DNA of 41,024 bases from the UHGV virus genome UHGV-0070243; one strand, written 5' to 3'. This DNA comes from a virus. This document shows, one piece after another, positions 8,931-18,257 of this stretch (within the stretch, counting starts at the first letter, position 1; every line of letters starts with the position of its first letter). Below the pieces are notes generated by a model. That model did not search any database. It was given only the letters and a program-made list of their open reading frames with translations, and was not told where the DNA came from. A program made the position numbers and the translations under genes.

Positions 8931-9796
8931 TGTTGTTAGCTCTTCTAATTATCCCCATTCTGGTTAGTGGTTATATTATGATAACCGCTAACCAGTATCA
9001 TTATTTCCGTTTATACCGACATGAAGGCCAGCTTCTTTATATGAAAGTAGCTGCATTAGGTACATATTGCCTTGTTGCATCAGTAATAATTGCAGCCGCT
9101 ATAAAATATAAATGGCCTGATTTTCACCTAGTTCACGATATGGTGGAAACTTTTAATGTAACATCAAAACCAGAAACAGATAGAATTTACATGTGGCTGC
9201 TTCTTCTCTCAGCCACATCCATTTGCTTCTCTTTGTGTTATGTGTCTGTTGTGTGGGTGAAAGATTTTCTTCTTGGTTGTTTTTATAAACGTGATATTTA
9301 CGAGCAAAAAACAGAGGCAATGAAGGCCAGAGTACTGCGAAAAACTTACTCGCAAGGTTCTTTAGACTTACTATTGCTTGATGCTATTGAATCGGATCCT
9401 AAACGACCAATGTTGATTACTTTATCATCAAACAAAGTGTATGTTGGAATAATAAATGGTTCTGGTGAACCAACGGAAAATCAGGGTCCGCATCAGCACA
9501 TATCTTTTGTTCCTTTAATGTCAGGATACAGGAACAAAGAAAACTTATCTGTCACATTCACTAATGCTTATCCAGGAGAAATACAGGTCAAGCGGACTGC
9601 AGCAATAAGAGGAATTAGCAGAAAGAAAGTGCCAGGACTTGAGATCATGGTGTCTATTGACGAAATAAGTTATATATCATGGTTTGATTTTGAAGTATAT
9701 AAAGCAACAAATAACAAAGTAGAATCCAGGGGGCACGTTATTCGTGTTACCAAAAATGGAAGAAATATATATCAAAGAAATAGCAAAAAAGAATAG
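8930..9796 (+). CDS. hypothetical membrane protein (288 aa): three or four N-terminal TM helices plus about 160-aa soluble C-terminal domain
   Basis: GTG start with RBS AAGGAAA; visibly AT-rich codon usage unlike flanking phage genes; followed by terminator. Confidence 0.6.
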   Translation: MLLALLIIPILVSGYIMITANQYHYFRLYRHEGQLLYMKVAALGTYCLVASVIIAAAIKYKWPDFHLVHDMVETFNVTSKPETDRIYMWLLLLSATSICFSLCYVSVVWVKDFLLGCFYKRDIYEQKTEAMKARVLRKTYSQGSLDLLLLDAIESDPKRPMLITLSSNKVYVGIINGSGEPTENQGPHQHISFVPLMSGYRNKENLSVTFTNAYPGEIQVKRTAAIRGISRKKVPGLEIMVSIDEISYISWFDFEVYKATNNKVESRGHVIRVTKNGRNIYQRNSKKE

Positions 9797-9817
9797 CCCG
9801 CGCTGCGGGCTTTTTTG
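9795..9817 (+). terminator. rho-independent terminator after membrane-protein gene
   Basis: AGCCCGC-gct-GCGGGCT followed by TTTTTTG. Confidence 0.7.
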
Positions 9818-9888
9818 TGGACGAAACAAAAGCCAGTGCTACACTCATTGACGCCACATTGAGGTGGCTTATAGATGGAAATTTCACA

Positions 9889-10050
9889 ATGAAAAAAGCA
9901 TTTGCTGCACTGTTCGTTTTGTTGTCTCTGGTAGCTTCAACTCAGGCCTTTGCCGGTCGTTGTCAGCACGACAGCGATACCGCCGCTGACGGCTCCCGCT
10001 GCGGTGGGCGTTCTGCGGATTCCCGCCCGGGCGGCGGTGGCATTCGTTAA
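9889..10050 (+). CDS. small secreted Cys-containing peptide (53 aa precursor)
   Basis: signal peptide MKKAFAALFVLLSLVASTQAFA then 31-aa Gly/Arg/Asp-rich region with 2 Cys; ORF 9817..10050 trimmed to ATG 9889; weak RBS. Confidence 0.4.
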   Translation: MKKAFAALFVLLSLVASTQAFAGRCQHDSDTAADGSRCGGRSADSRPGGGGIR

Positions 10051-10055
10051 AAACA

Positions 10056-10073
10056 AGGCCGCGAAAGCGGCCT
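10056..10073 (-). terminator. hairpin AGGCCGC-gaaa-GCGGCCT with U-run on the minus strand; terminator of ant
   Basis: 7-bp GC stem; minus-strand transcript continues into TGTTTTTAA; adjacent palindrome GTGACATGTCAC at 10074-10085. Confidence 0.55.
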
Positions 10074-10098
10074 GTGACATGTCACGATAGTTCCTTTT

Positions 10099-10356
10099 TG
10101 CACATCCCTGTGCCTCCGTTCTGTCAGAAGAACCCTGCCTTGTCATTGATGTACTCTGCGTGAGTCTGGATATCACGCAGGCATTTGCTCACACCAACGA
10201 TGTAGCAGAACATGGTGGTCAGCTCCGCCGCCGCGCCCGATACGTCATGCCCGTCGTCCTGCAACTGATTCAGCAGATTCATCAGCAATGAGTTCTCCGT
10301 CAGGCCGAGAACACCAGACGGCGAGTGAATCAGGCTGCGGTAGCCGGGCTTCAGCG
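10099..10356 (-). repeat. right arm of about 258-bp inverted repeat (partner of 8380..8638)
   Basis: reverse complement of 8380..8638 matches with a handful of substitutions. Confidence 0.8.
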
Positions 10357-11068
10357 GATAACCATAACATTTTGTCTGTGTTTTAATTGCCTCACGAAGC
10401 GCATCTAACATCTTGACTGCCACTTCATCATTCTCTGATGCAGATCCAGCAGGGAGATACTCCCCTTCAAGCGGAACCCGAGCAACAAGAGACAACGCTT
10501 CGGCGAATTGATCTTCATCAATTTCTTTGTACGAACAGCCAAAATGAGATTTCAGTGACGACCACATGGTGATCATCGCCTTAGCCTGTTTTTCTTTTGG
10601 CAGAGACTGACCGCGACTCATGACGAGTTGTTTAATGGCTTCCTGCTGTTCAGTGGTTATTTTACCCGGCAACGCCTTTTTAGCTTTGCGTGGGTTAACC
10701 ACATGGCCTTTAGTCCAGTACTCGTAGAGCACATCGTCACACTCTTCCTGATACTGGATTACCTTGTCGCGGATTTCAGGACGGACTTTGTTAGGGCTGA
10801 TGGTTTGCAACCAGCCAGCAAGTTTGCGAAGTGCCAAACAAATAATCTCACGGCGCTGTTCATCCCCAGGAAGCTGCATTGTGATTTTCACAATGCAGGT
10901 TTTAAACCGCTGCTTCATTTTCGTAAACTGTGAAGCCCAATCCATACCCATTCCCTCAACGATAGGCTTCATTGGTGTGTACGGTTCGCCGTTGTGATTG
11001 ACAACATAAAGTTCTACGCCGTGGAATGGCACGTTGATAGTAGATACCGCTGTTGCTATACTCGTCAT
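10124..11068 (-). CDS. ant: antirepressor Ant-like (314 aa): Ant N-terminal domain + shared ANT/KilA-C C-terminal domain
   Basis: N-terminus VPFHGVELYVVNHNGEPYTPMKPIVEGMGMDW and KVRPEIRDKVIQYQEECDDVLYEYW recalled as P22 Ant-like; downstream of arc-like gene as in P22 immI. Confidence 0.7.
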   Translation of the reverse strand: MTSIATAVSTINVPFHGVELYVVNHNGEPYTPMKPIVEGMGMDWASQFTKMKQRFKTCIVKITMQLPGDEQRREIICLALRKLAGWLQTISPNKVRPEIRDKVIQYQEECDDVLYEYWTKGHVVNPRKAKKALPGKITTEQQEAIKQLVMSRGQSLPKEKQAKAMITMWSSLKSHFGCSYKEIDEDQFAEALSLVARVPLEGEYLPAGSASENDEVAVKMLDALREAIKTQTKCYGYPLKPGYRSLIHSPSGVLGLTENSLLMNLLNQLQDDGHDVSGAAAELTTMFCYIVGVSKCLRDIQTHAEYINDKAGFF

Positions 11069-11140
11069 GTCGTTAATTCCTATACGTAGTTTTACGATAC
11101 TGAAGCCCTGACGGTCTGGCCACCGTTGGGCTTCGCTGTT

Positions 11141-11308
11141 TTATGCCACGCTATTCTTCTCACCAGTGAGTCCATACACTTTCCTCAGCTGATAGATAAT
11201 CTCTGTATTGAACTTTCGGCATTCTTTTTCGCCATTTCTTTCAATAGCTAACTTCACATCGTCCGGAAAACGAACTCGTCGTTGACACATCTCTTTTGCT
11301 TTTTGCAT
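11141..11308 (-). CDS. arc: Arc-like ribbon-helix-helix repressor (55 aa)
   Basis: MQKAKEMCQRRVRFPDDVKLAIERNGEKECRKFNTEIIYQLRKV resembles P22 Arc (beta-strand then NSEIYQR helix); RBS AAGGAG 9 nt upstream; ORF 11141..11344 trimmed. Confidence 0.65.
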   Translation of the reverse strand: MQKAKEMCQRRVRFPDDVKLAIERNGEKECRKFNTEIIYQLRKVYGLTGEKNSVA

Positions 11309-11428
11309 TTCATATCTCCTTAGCCCCACCGTGGGGCAAAACAATTGTCACACCGTGCGTCATTGATGTCAAGCACACGGTGAGGCATACTTCAATCATT
11401 GCAAGTAACTCAATATTTGGTGAAGAAC

Positions 11429-11860
11429 ATGAGCAGAGAAGATCCACAACTAAGGATCAGACTTCCCGTTGAAGTAAAAGAAAAAATAGAAATTTCTGCA
11501 AAAGCCAATAAGCGATCAATGAACGCTGAAATAGTACAACGTCTTGACACCAGCTTTCTGAAAGATATTCATGAAGATGACGTAATTTCTGCTTATGAAG
11601 CAAAAATTATTGCAAACAATGCACGGCATGAAATATCAAATATTATTTTCAAAAGAACCTTTAATGAAATTAATAAGAAAATAACACTTGGACATACAAG
11701 TTTTTATATAAACCTTAATGACCTTGAACTGGAATCACTTGCAGATAATGATTACCAGATCATCTTTGAAAAAACATTTAATAAGCTCAATGAACTAGGT
11801 TACATCATCTGTGAAAACTCATGGGATGCAGATGGTTTTGGAATTGAAATACCTGAATAG
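11429..11860 (+). CDS. mnt: Mnt-like ribbon-helix-helix repressor with about 60-aa C-terminal extension (143 aa)
   Basis: MSREDPQLRIRLPVEVKEKIEISAKANKRSMNAEIVQRL resembles P22 Mnt N-terminus (DDPHFNFRMPMEV...ANGRSMNSELLQIV); divergent from arc; AT-rich. Confidence 0.65.
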   Translation: MSREDPQLRIRLPVEVKEKIEISAKANKRSMNAEIVQRLDTSFLKDIHEDDVISAYEAKIIANNARHEISNIIFKRTFNEINKKITLGHTSFYINLNDLELESLADNDYQIIFEKTFNKLNELGYIICENSWDADGFGIEIPE

Positions 11861-11950
11861 GAAGAACAAAAGGCGTGTACATATTACACGTCTTTAATAC
11901 AATTGAAAAACGCCACATTACTGATGTATGTTACAACAAGGAGCGATATT

Positions 11951-12514
11951 TTGAAAACCATATCTATATTAAAGGTTGCATTAGGCGTCGCTATTATTTT
12001 GACTCTCTCAATATTGTTTTATTTTTACCACAAAAAAACAGCTATTGCTCTTGATGGTCACGCGGCAAACTCATTTTTCTCAGAGTACATAGTGCCGCTA
12101 TCAGGAAGCGGTATAACAAATAAATATACTGACTATGACATCAAATATGGAATTGATGATGGGGAGACTATTGTATTACATGTAATCATTAAAAACCTAA
12201 TGACAGTAAATAAAAATACAGACTTCAACGATAAAAATACAATACATCACAACAACAGCAAAACATTAATTTCTTATAGTAGCAACATCTATACGGATAA
12301 ATACCTAAAATACATCTCAGAAGATACAATAAAAGCAACCAGCGAAAAGTTAAAAAACATATATTGTGCATCCGGCAGTTTTCACAAATTATCGCCGCAA
12401 GAGCGTTTATTCTACGAAGCAAGAAAACAACGTAAGTCAATAATATTACATTATTATGCTGATTCAGGGGAGTCACTCATATTTAATATTGGGGTTTCCC
12501 CTGAATCATGCTAA
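11951..12514 (+). CDS. hypothetical membrane-anchored protein (about 188 aa) in the position P22 sieA occupies; candidate superinfection-exclusion/abortive-infection protein
   Basis: TTG start with perfect SD AAGGAG 7 nt upstream (alternative ATG 11924 lacks an RBS); one TM helix ISILKVALGVAIILTLSILFYFY; very AT-rich; sits between mnt and the core-protein operon. Confidence 0.5.
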   Translation: MKTISILKVALGVAIILTLSILFYFYHKKTAIALDGHAANSFFSEYIVPLSGSGITNKYTDYDIKYGIDDGETIVLHVIIKNLMTVNKNTDFNDKNTIHHNNSKTLISYSSNIYTDKYLKYISEDTIKATSEKLKNIYCASGSFHKLSPQERLFYEARKQRKSIILHYYADSGESLIFNIGVSPESC

Positions 12515-12525
12515 AGGCGTTTAAC

Positions 12526-15500
12526 TCACCGCATCACCGGATCCACCTGGTTTATTAGTGGCGCAATCCAGAACAGGTTATTGCCTGGTATCAGGGTTCG
12601 GACATTATGCACAATACGATCACCGGCATCACCATTCAACACTCCTGCGGTCACATCAATGATGCTATCCGCAAGACCAAATGACGGTCCGAATAGAGAT
12701 CCTACGAATCCACGACTGGCATACCTAGACTGTGTGCCAGTGCCAAATAAAGCCCCCAGCCCAACAGCACCACCAGTAGCCTTTTCAGCCATGTTGTTAT
12801 ATTCCATCAATGGCCCAAGAATACCGGATCTATCTATACCCTCAAGCACCAGCTTCTCTGGTGACCAGTCAACATTTTTCCCTTTCGATGCTTCTTTAAG
12901 CGCATAGACCAGTGAGCCAAGAGCAATCTGAAATGCAGTGCCATAATAAAATTGCGCAGTTCCTTCCTGTAGCCCACCAAGTAGCGCACGGTTGTATGAA
13001 GCCGTTGTGAATGATTTAAACTGAAATATCGTTCGCCCCATTGGAGTACTCGCCCATAAAGGTGTGTCACCAATACCGGGGGTGATGATAGTGTTATTAA
13101 CGTCTTTCAGAACCGCTGACTGGAATACTCCGGCAACGTACTGATCGTCCCATTTATCAAAGTTACCAATGTGCCATCCATCAATTACCTCACCATGTTT
13201 CTCGAACTCACTGCGAATACGCGCAGCCATATTGTCGTTGATACCGAGTTTTGCCATGCGACGTGCAGAAAACGCACCAGACAAAATACCGTCTGACGTG
13301 AGCATTCCGTTCATGGATTTGTTTATGTCATTAAATCGATCCATGAGTGTCAGCTTGCCGAAGGCATCAGTAATTCGCTCCATTCCTGCTTCGACTGCTG
13401 TTGTCCTGGAAGAACTGTCAACAAGATCACCAATTGCACGAGAACGTGAATGTAGTACAGTTTCCAATCCAATCCCCATCTTCAACATCTCTTCTTTGCT
13501 GGCCTTAAATGCCGGTGATTGGGATATCTGAGAAGCATAGCCTTTCATGGTGTTACGGAAACCATTAACCATAACCCCTCTGGCCAGATCTGGAATAGCT
13601 GATACTGTCATTCCACCGAGTTTGGTCGTGAAGTTCACATCCCGCAGAAAAGCGCCAGCACGAACAAAAAACGAAGACGGGTCATCAGGCATACCATATG
13701 TACCAACAAGACGATCGCGTAATGCTGTTATGTCTCTGAGATCATTTGCTCTTGATTTTGAAAGTCTGGACTGTTCTTTCCGTAATTCCTTTTCGTACTT
13801 TCGCATTAATGAATCGAGTTTACCCTGAGGAACAACTTCACCATTGCTCTCATAACGTGCTTTCAGATTTGCCACACTTTCGTCATATTTCGCCTTTATT
13901 TTTTCAGGCACTTCCCGTAACAGACTGTCATATTCGTCTTCAATTAATTGCAGACGCTCAGCCATAGTTCGTTTGCCAAATGTTCTCGTCAACTCAATTT
14001 CTGCTGCCGCTTCACGGATATGACGTTGCAGCACGTAATTCACATCACTTTCGAGATAATCCCTGATAAGACTATCAGGCACATTTAATGTTCTTTCTTT
14101 CGTACTACCTGCGGCTTTTACAGAAAATACGCTGACAAAATCCTGTGGAACCTTAGCACCAGTAATTTTATTAATTACGATATCCGCTGCAATTTCAGCA
14201 TCCTCAGGATCCAGTGTTTTATTGCCTCTCGACCACCAGTCAACCAAAATACGTCGAAATTTATCGCGTTCACTGATTATTTTTCCAACTTTATATATAC
14301 GTGGGAAATAGCTTGCCTGACCTAATGCTTTCAGTTCTTCATCTGGCGGCAATAAACCAAGCTTTTGCATTTCAACTTTCACCCGATTTAATACAGTTCG
14401 CATCGCCTGCGCCGTTTCCTGAACAACAGGATTAGCATGAACATCACCGCTTCGCATCGCATTCCCAACCTGCTGACGAAATGAATCAAAACTCATGTCA
14501 CCACCATCAGCTTTATACTTTGCGTATGCCTGTTTATTTCCGACAACAACTGCAGCTTCTTCACGCTGCCATCCACGTGTACGGGTTTCTACAGCTATCG
14601 GTGTTTCAATCCCCCTTTCATTTCCTTTAAGGGTGAAATTATTTTCGGCTAACTCCAGCGTTGTTTTTCGCACTGTCTTTGACGGAGACTCCATTAACCT
14701 TGTCAAAGGAGTAAGATAGCTCCCTGCTTTCCATGCAGCCTTTCCAACCACCCCACCAGAAACAGGGGTTAAATCATCCAGAGTCGCTGTATCAATTTTC
14801 ATAGCACCAACACTACCACCATCGGAAAGCGAAGCGGCAGCCCTGTCAGTCGCTGATGTAATGCTCATATTATCAAGAGCATCAGCAACCTCACGTGTGG
14901 CTGCAGCCCGGACGGATGGCGAAAGCGCAACACCAGCACTGGCAAACACGCCGCTCATCATCGCACCCGCTGCAACGTGAGCGGCACTTTCACCCCATGA
15001 GCGTGTTATTTGCTGATTATTCAGTACAACCTCGCTTAATGCAGTACCGGCAGCACCAATCGCAATCTGTGAGCCAATACGCGCCAGTGCCCCTCCTTGA
15101 GCACCGGGGATAAACATTGACGCAACAGTAACCGGATCCATTCCCGCAGCAATACTGGCAAGGGTTCCAACTACGCCAGCATCAGACAATAAACGTCTGT
15201 CTTCATTTTCATCATCTATCTGCTGCTTAATCCACGCCGTTTCCTCTGGCGATCGGGAATCTGCAAATTTCGCCCCCCAGTATTCATAACCGTGCAACTC
15301 ATTTTTATCAGCATATGGGTTATAACCTTCGACCGGTTCAAACTGTCTGGCTGGGCGGAAAAAACCAGCCAGAATATTGTTCTGTCGCATTGCAGCCCCC
15401 CATACGGAAGGCTCAGGTGGCAATGGCTCAGGATTAGCCCCTTCCGGAAGGGCAACATCAAACCCAGTTTGTTCCGGCAAAACATTACCTGACGGGATCA

Positions 15501-15540
15501 GTCCGTTATTAAGATCTTCAGCTTGTGCATAAACTGGCAT
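12526..15540 (-). CDS. internal virion/ejection protein (1004 aa), T7 gp16-like by position and size
   Basis: last large gene of core operon before the immI block; Gly/Ala-rich stretches; start overlaps upstream stop. Confidence 0.6.
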   Translation of the reverse strand: MPVYAQAEDLNNGLIPSGNVLPEQTGFDVALPEGANPEPLPPEPSVWGAAMRQNNILAGFFRPARQFEPVEGYNPYADKNELHGYEYWGAKFADSRSPEETAWIKQQIDDENEDRRLLSDAGVVGTLASIAAGMDPVTVASMFIPGAQGGALARIGSQIAIGAAGTALSEVVLNNQQITRSWGESAAHVAAGAMMSGVFASAGVALSPSVRAAATREVADALDNMSITSATDRAAASLSDGGSVGAMKIDTATLDDLTPVSGGVVGKAAWKAGSYLTPLTRLMESPSKTVRKTTLELAENNFTLKGNERGIETPIAVETRTRGWQREEAAVVVGNKQAYAKYKADGGDMSFDSFRQQVGNAMRSGDVHANPVVQETAQAMRTVLNRVKVEMQKLGLLPPDEELKALGQASYFPRIYKVGKIISERDKFRRILVDWWSRGNKTLDPEDAEIAADIVINKITGAKVPQDFVSVFSVKAAGSTKERTLNVPDSLIRDYLESDVNYVLQRHIREAAAEIELTRTFGKRTMAERLQLIEDEYDSLLREVPEKIKAKYDESVANLKARYESNGEVVPQGKLDSLMRKYEKELRKEQSRLSKSRANDLRDITALRDRLVGTYGMPDDPSSFFVRAGAFLRDVNFTTKLGGMTVSAIPDLARGVMVNGFRNTMKGYASQISQSPAFKASKEEMLKMGIGLETVLHSRSRAIGDLVDSSSRTTAVEAGMERITDAFGKLTLMDRFNDINKSMNGMLTSDGILSGAFSARRMAKLGINDNMAARIRSEFEKHGEVIDGWHIGNFDKWDDQYVAGVFQSAVLKDVNNTIITPGIGDTPLWASTPMGRTIFQFKSFTTASYNRALLGGLQEGTAQFYYGTAFQIALGSLVYALKEASKGKNVDWSPEKLVLEGIDRSGILGPLMEYNNMAEKATGGAVGLGALFGTGTQSRYASRGFVGSLFGPSFGLADSIIDVTAGVLNGDAGDRIVHNVRTLIPGNNLFWIAPLINQVDPVMR

Positions 15541-18257
15541 TATTTAGATCCCCACGAAAAGTAATCTTTAAATTTGTCCATACGTTCGTTATGCAGGCGC
15601 TGATACTGCTCATCCAGAGCGCGATGCTTGTCTTTGAAGTTTCGTATAGCCTGTCCACGCATAATTTCTTCCTGCTCGTACTGCTCCCGTTCCTGCTGCA
15701 TTTTCTTATAAGGTTCCCAATCTGCTAGTGATGGTTCCCAACGCATAGGACGCCCATGTTTGTTATAAAACGGCTGGACCCGATCGATGCCATTTTCATC
15801 CTTAGTTCTTACCATAATGGCGTAATCACCATTACGGGGTGTTAACACGTCAGGGGTTATGAATAATTCTCCATTAATACGACTCTCAGGGGTTTTTGTC
15901 TCAACTACAGGAGCATTACCTGACGTGATCCCAAGCAACGTCGGACTGGTTGTTATAATCTCTTTGCGCTCACCGTACATCAGCCGTTCTTTTTCAGCTT
16001 TCCACTGCGCCGCCTGCCAGCCTGACGGCCCATATTGATAAAGCGCCTCCGGTGCATATTTCATAAACTGTGCATCTCCGTTAACCTCGCTGATACTCCA
16101 GGTGCGGGCTATCTGCTGGTTGGTCATTTGCTTCGCTACGTCAGCGTTACCACCAGCAACGCGGTAGTTAATGTCATACAGCGTCTGATAGTCATTACGG
16201 AATCTAGCTGCTTCCGGCGTCTGGTCATCCGCAGAAGGATCCCAACGGAACCACTGCGCCATATTGCTGACAGCAGAATTCATCGCCTTGCTGCGATCAT
16301 TTTTGTACTCTTTTGAACTCTGCGTTGATGCCAATTGAGCTTTAAGAGCATCGGTCTGGTTGTATGTCAGGTTCTGCGCCTGCTCGATAGCCGCATCAGC
16401 AGACATGCCAGAATCAGTTAGTTGCTTAACAGTCAGATAAAAACCCTGCATATCCTTCGGCATATTTCCAATAGATGCATTGTCTGTTTCATATAACCGA
16501 CTAAACAGCTCCGCTGCATTTTTAACCACTTCCTGATTACTGGATCGGGATACTGCTGAAAGCTGCGTGATGACCTGCGAAGGCATTATGCCAGTCTGAG
16601 CCACAAGCCGAACAACCCCATCATGAGTGGAGGCATCATTAATACGAAAGTTCTGCGCCATTTCTGTGTAATCAGCAGCTTTCTGCATTGACTTGTTGCT
16701 TGGGTCTAATTTTTCACCTATTGTCAGCGCCTCATTGAATCTGCGTGAATCCCGTTGCGCCTGAATTGCTTCATTTGATCTCTGAAGCAATGCAGACAAT
16801 TTTCCGTAAGCATCGAGTTTTAACGCATAGTGAGGATCGTTAACCTCAGGCTTCACTTTCTGCATTTCTTCTTGCTGCTGAGAAGGAGGCAAATACTGAA
16901 TTGCCTGGAATATTCTCGCGTTATCAATCGCTATATCCAGTTGATTGATTATTTTATCTGCGTTTTTTCCATACCCCCTGATGATGGTCTCCTGAGCCGG
17001 TATATAATCTGGAACCTCACCGTTATATAGCTGGGCCATGGTGTTATTAATAGCTGGCTCAAGCTGTTCTAATATTAACTTCCTTTGCTTTTCTATCTGA
17101 CTATTAGCAAGGTTATCTATTTGATAAATAGTCAGCGGATCCATTCCAGTTTTATTTTTTCTATATCGGGAAAGCCACCCTTGTGTTTCTGATGGAAGAT
17201 TTCGGATAAATTCTTCTTCTGATATTTCACCTTTACGTGGATCACCGACTTTGGCGATCAGTTTATCCACGTTACCCATCCCCCAGTTATATGCTGCTCC
17301 GGTCAATATTTCTGAGCCGTACTTACCATACAGTTGATTTACATAGTCACTGGCAAGCATTTCATGCTGTTGTTCGTCCGTAGGGTTGTATTCAACGCCA
17401 CGCTTGGCCGCCAGTTCTTTCCCTGTGCCCGGCATTAACTGGTATTTCCCCTGGGCCCTCTCTCCAGAAGATGTTTTCGGTCCTTCAAGAATACTACCAT
17501 CAGGATTAAAATGACGATCACCTGATTCAACAAGGCGTATGGCACGCATGTCCATGCCTACAGAATCATTTTTCTGAAACAGACCATTTAGCCATCCTTC
17601 CGGATTAGCAGCGGCATAATTCTTCGCCCGCATTTCTGTGGCACTGCGATCATCACTTTCTATTTCTTCCAGAATGCGTTCTTGTGACCATCCCCTGGCA
17701 GCTCCATATCTGGCAATGGCTACCATTCTGGAATTTCTGGCTAAAGTGGCAGTTTGCGGGTCATTCCAGGCATCCGCTTCATTTTGTATCCATAATTTTC
17801 TCGTTGCCTGATATTGCTCATCTTCATAGGCATTTGTCTGCCCTATCTCATGTCTGAGAACTCCAGTACTGAACTGAATTTTCTGTGTTCTGGCTTGTTG
17901 CAAAAACATATTTCTTGCTGCTTCATCAGTCAATGAAGCAGCTATTTCTTCCACATCCTGATCAAATCCAGATATGTACTCTTGCCCCTTACCAATCGCA
18001 TTTTTGCCTTGTTGTGCATAAAAACCGGTTTGAGGGTTATAAAGACGTTCATTGCTGCGCTGATTAAGCTGAAGGATGGCATCCTGAGACAATGCAACAT
18101 TCGCTTTCTGCCTGGCTTCACCATATGCCACCGCATACTGATCTGCGACATTCGCCAGCACCTGACCTGCTTGAGGAACATCGAAGGTCTGAAAACCACC
18201 GGTTTGCACACCACGACTTTGCACCTGGCGTCCGGATGTAGTAGGAACAACAGGCAT
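15540..18257 (-). CDS. internal virion protein with lytic transglycosylase (SLT) domain (905 aa)
   Basis: SLT-like motifs ESGDRHFNPDGS...GKYQLMPGTG...AYNWGMGNV; gp15-like position. Confidence 0.7.
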   Translation of the reverse strand: MPVVPTTSGRQVQSRGVQTGGFQTFDVPQAGQVLANVADQYAVAYGEARQKANVALSQDAILQLNQRSNERLYNPQTGFYAQQGKNAIGKGQEYISGFDQDVEEIAASLTDEAARNMFLQQARTQKIQFSTGVLRHEIGQTNAYEDEQYQATRKLWIQNEADAWNDPQTATLARNSRMVAIARYGAARGWSQERILEEIESDDRSATEMRAKNYAAANPEGWLNGLFQKNDSVGMDMRAIRLVESGDRHFNPDGSILEGPKTSSGERAQGKYQLMPGTGKELAAKRGVEYNPTDEQQHEMLASDYVNQLYGKYGSEILTGAAYNWGMGNVDKLIAKVGDPRKGEISEEEFIRNLPSETQGWLSRYRKNKTGMDPLTIYQIDNLANSQIEKQRKLILEQLEPAINNTMAQLYNGEVPDYIPAQETIIRGYGKNADKIINQLDIAIDNARIFQAIQYLPPSQQQEEMQKVKPEVNDPHYALKLDAYGKLSALLQRSNEAIQAQRDSRRFNEALTIGEKLDPSNKSMQKAADYTEMAQNFRINDASTHDGVVRLVAQTGIMPSQVITQLSAVSRSSNQEVVKNAAELFSRLYETDNASIGNMPKDMQGFYLTVKQLTDSGMSADAAIEQAQNLTYNQTDALKAQLASTQSSKEYKNDRSKAMNSAVSNMAQWFRWDPSADDQTPEAARFRNDYQTLYDINYRVAGGNADVAKQMTNQQIARTWSISEVNGDAQFMKYAPEALYQYGPSGWQAAQWKAEKERLMYGERKEIITTSPTLLGITSGNAPVVETKTPESRINGELFITPDVLTPRNGDYAIMVRTKDENGIDRVQPFYNKHGRPMRWEPSLADWEPYKKMQQEREQYEQEEIMRGQAIRNFKDKHRALDEQYQRLHNERMDKFKDYFSWGSK

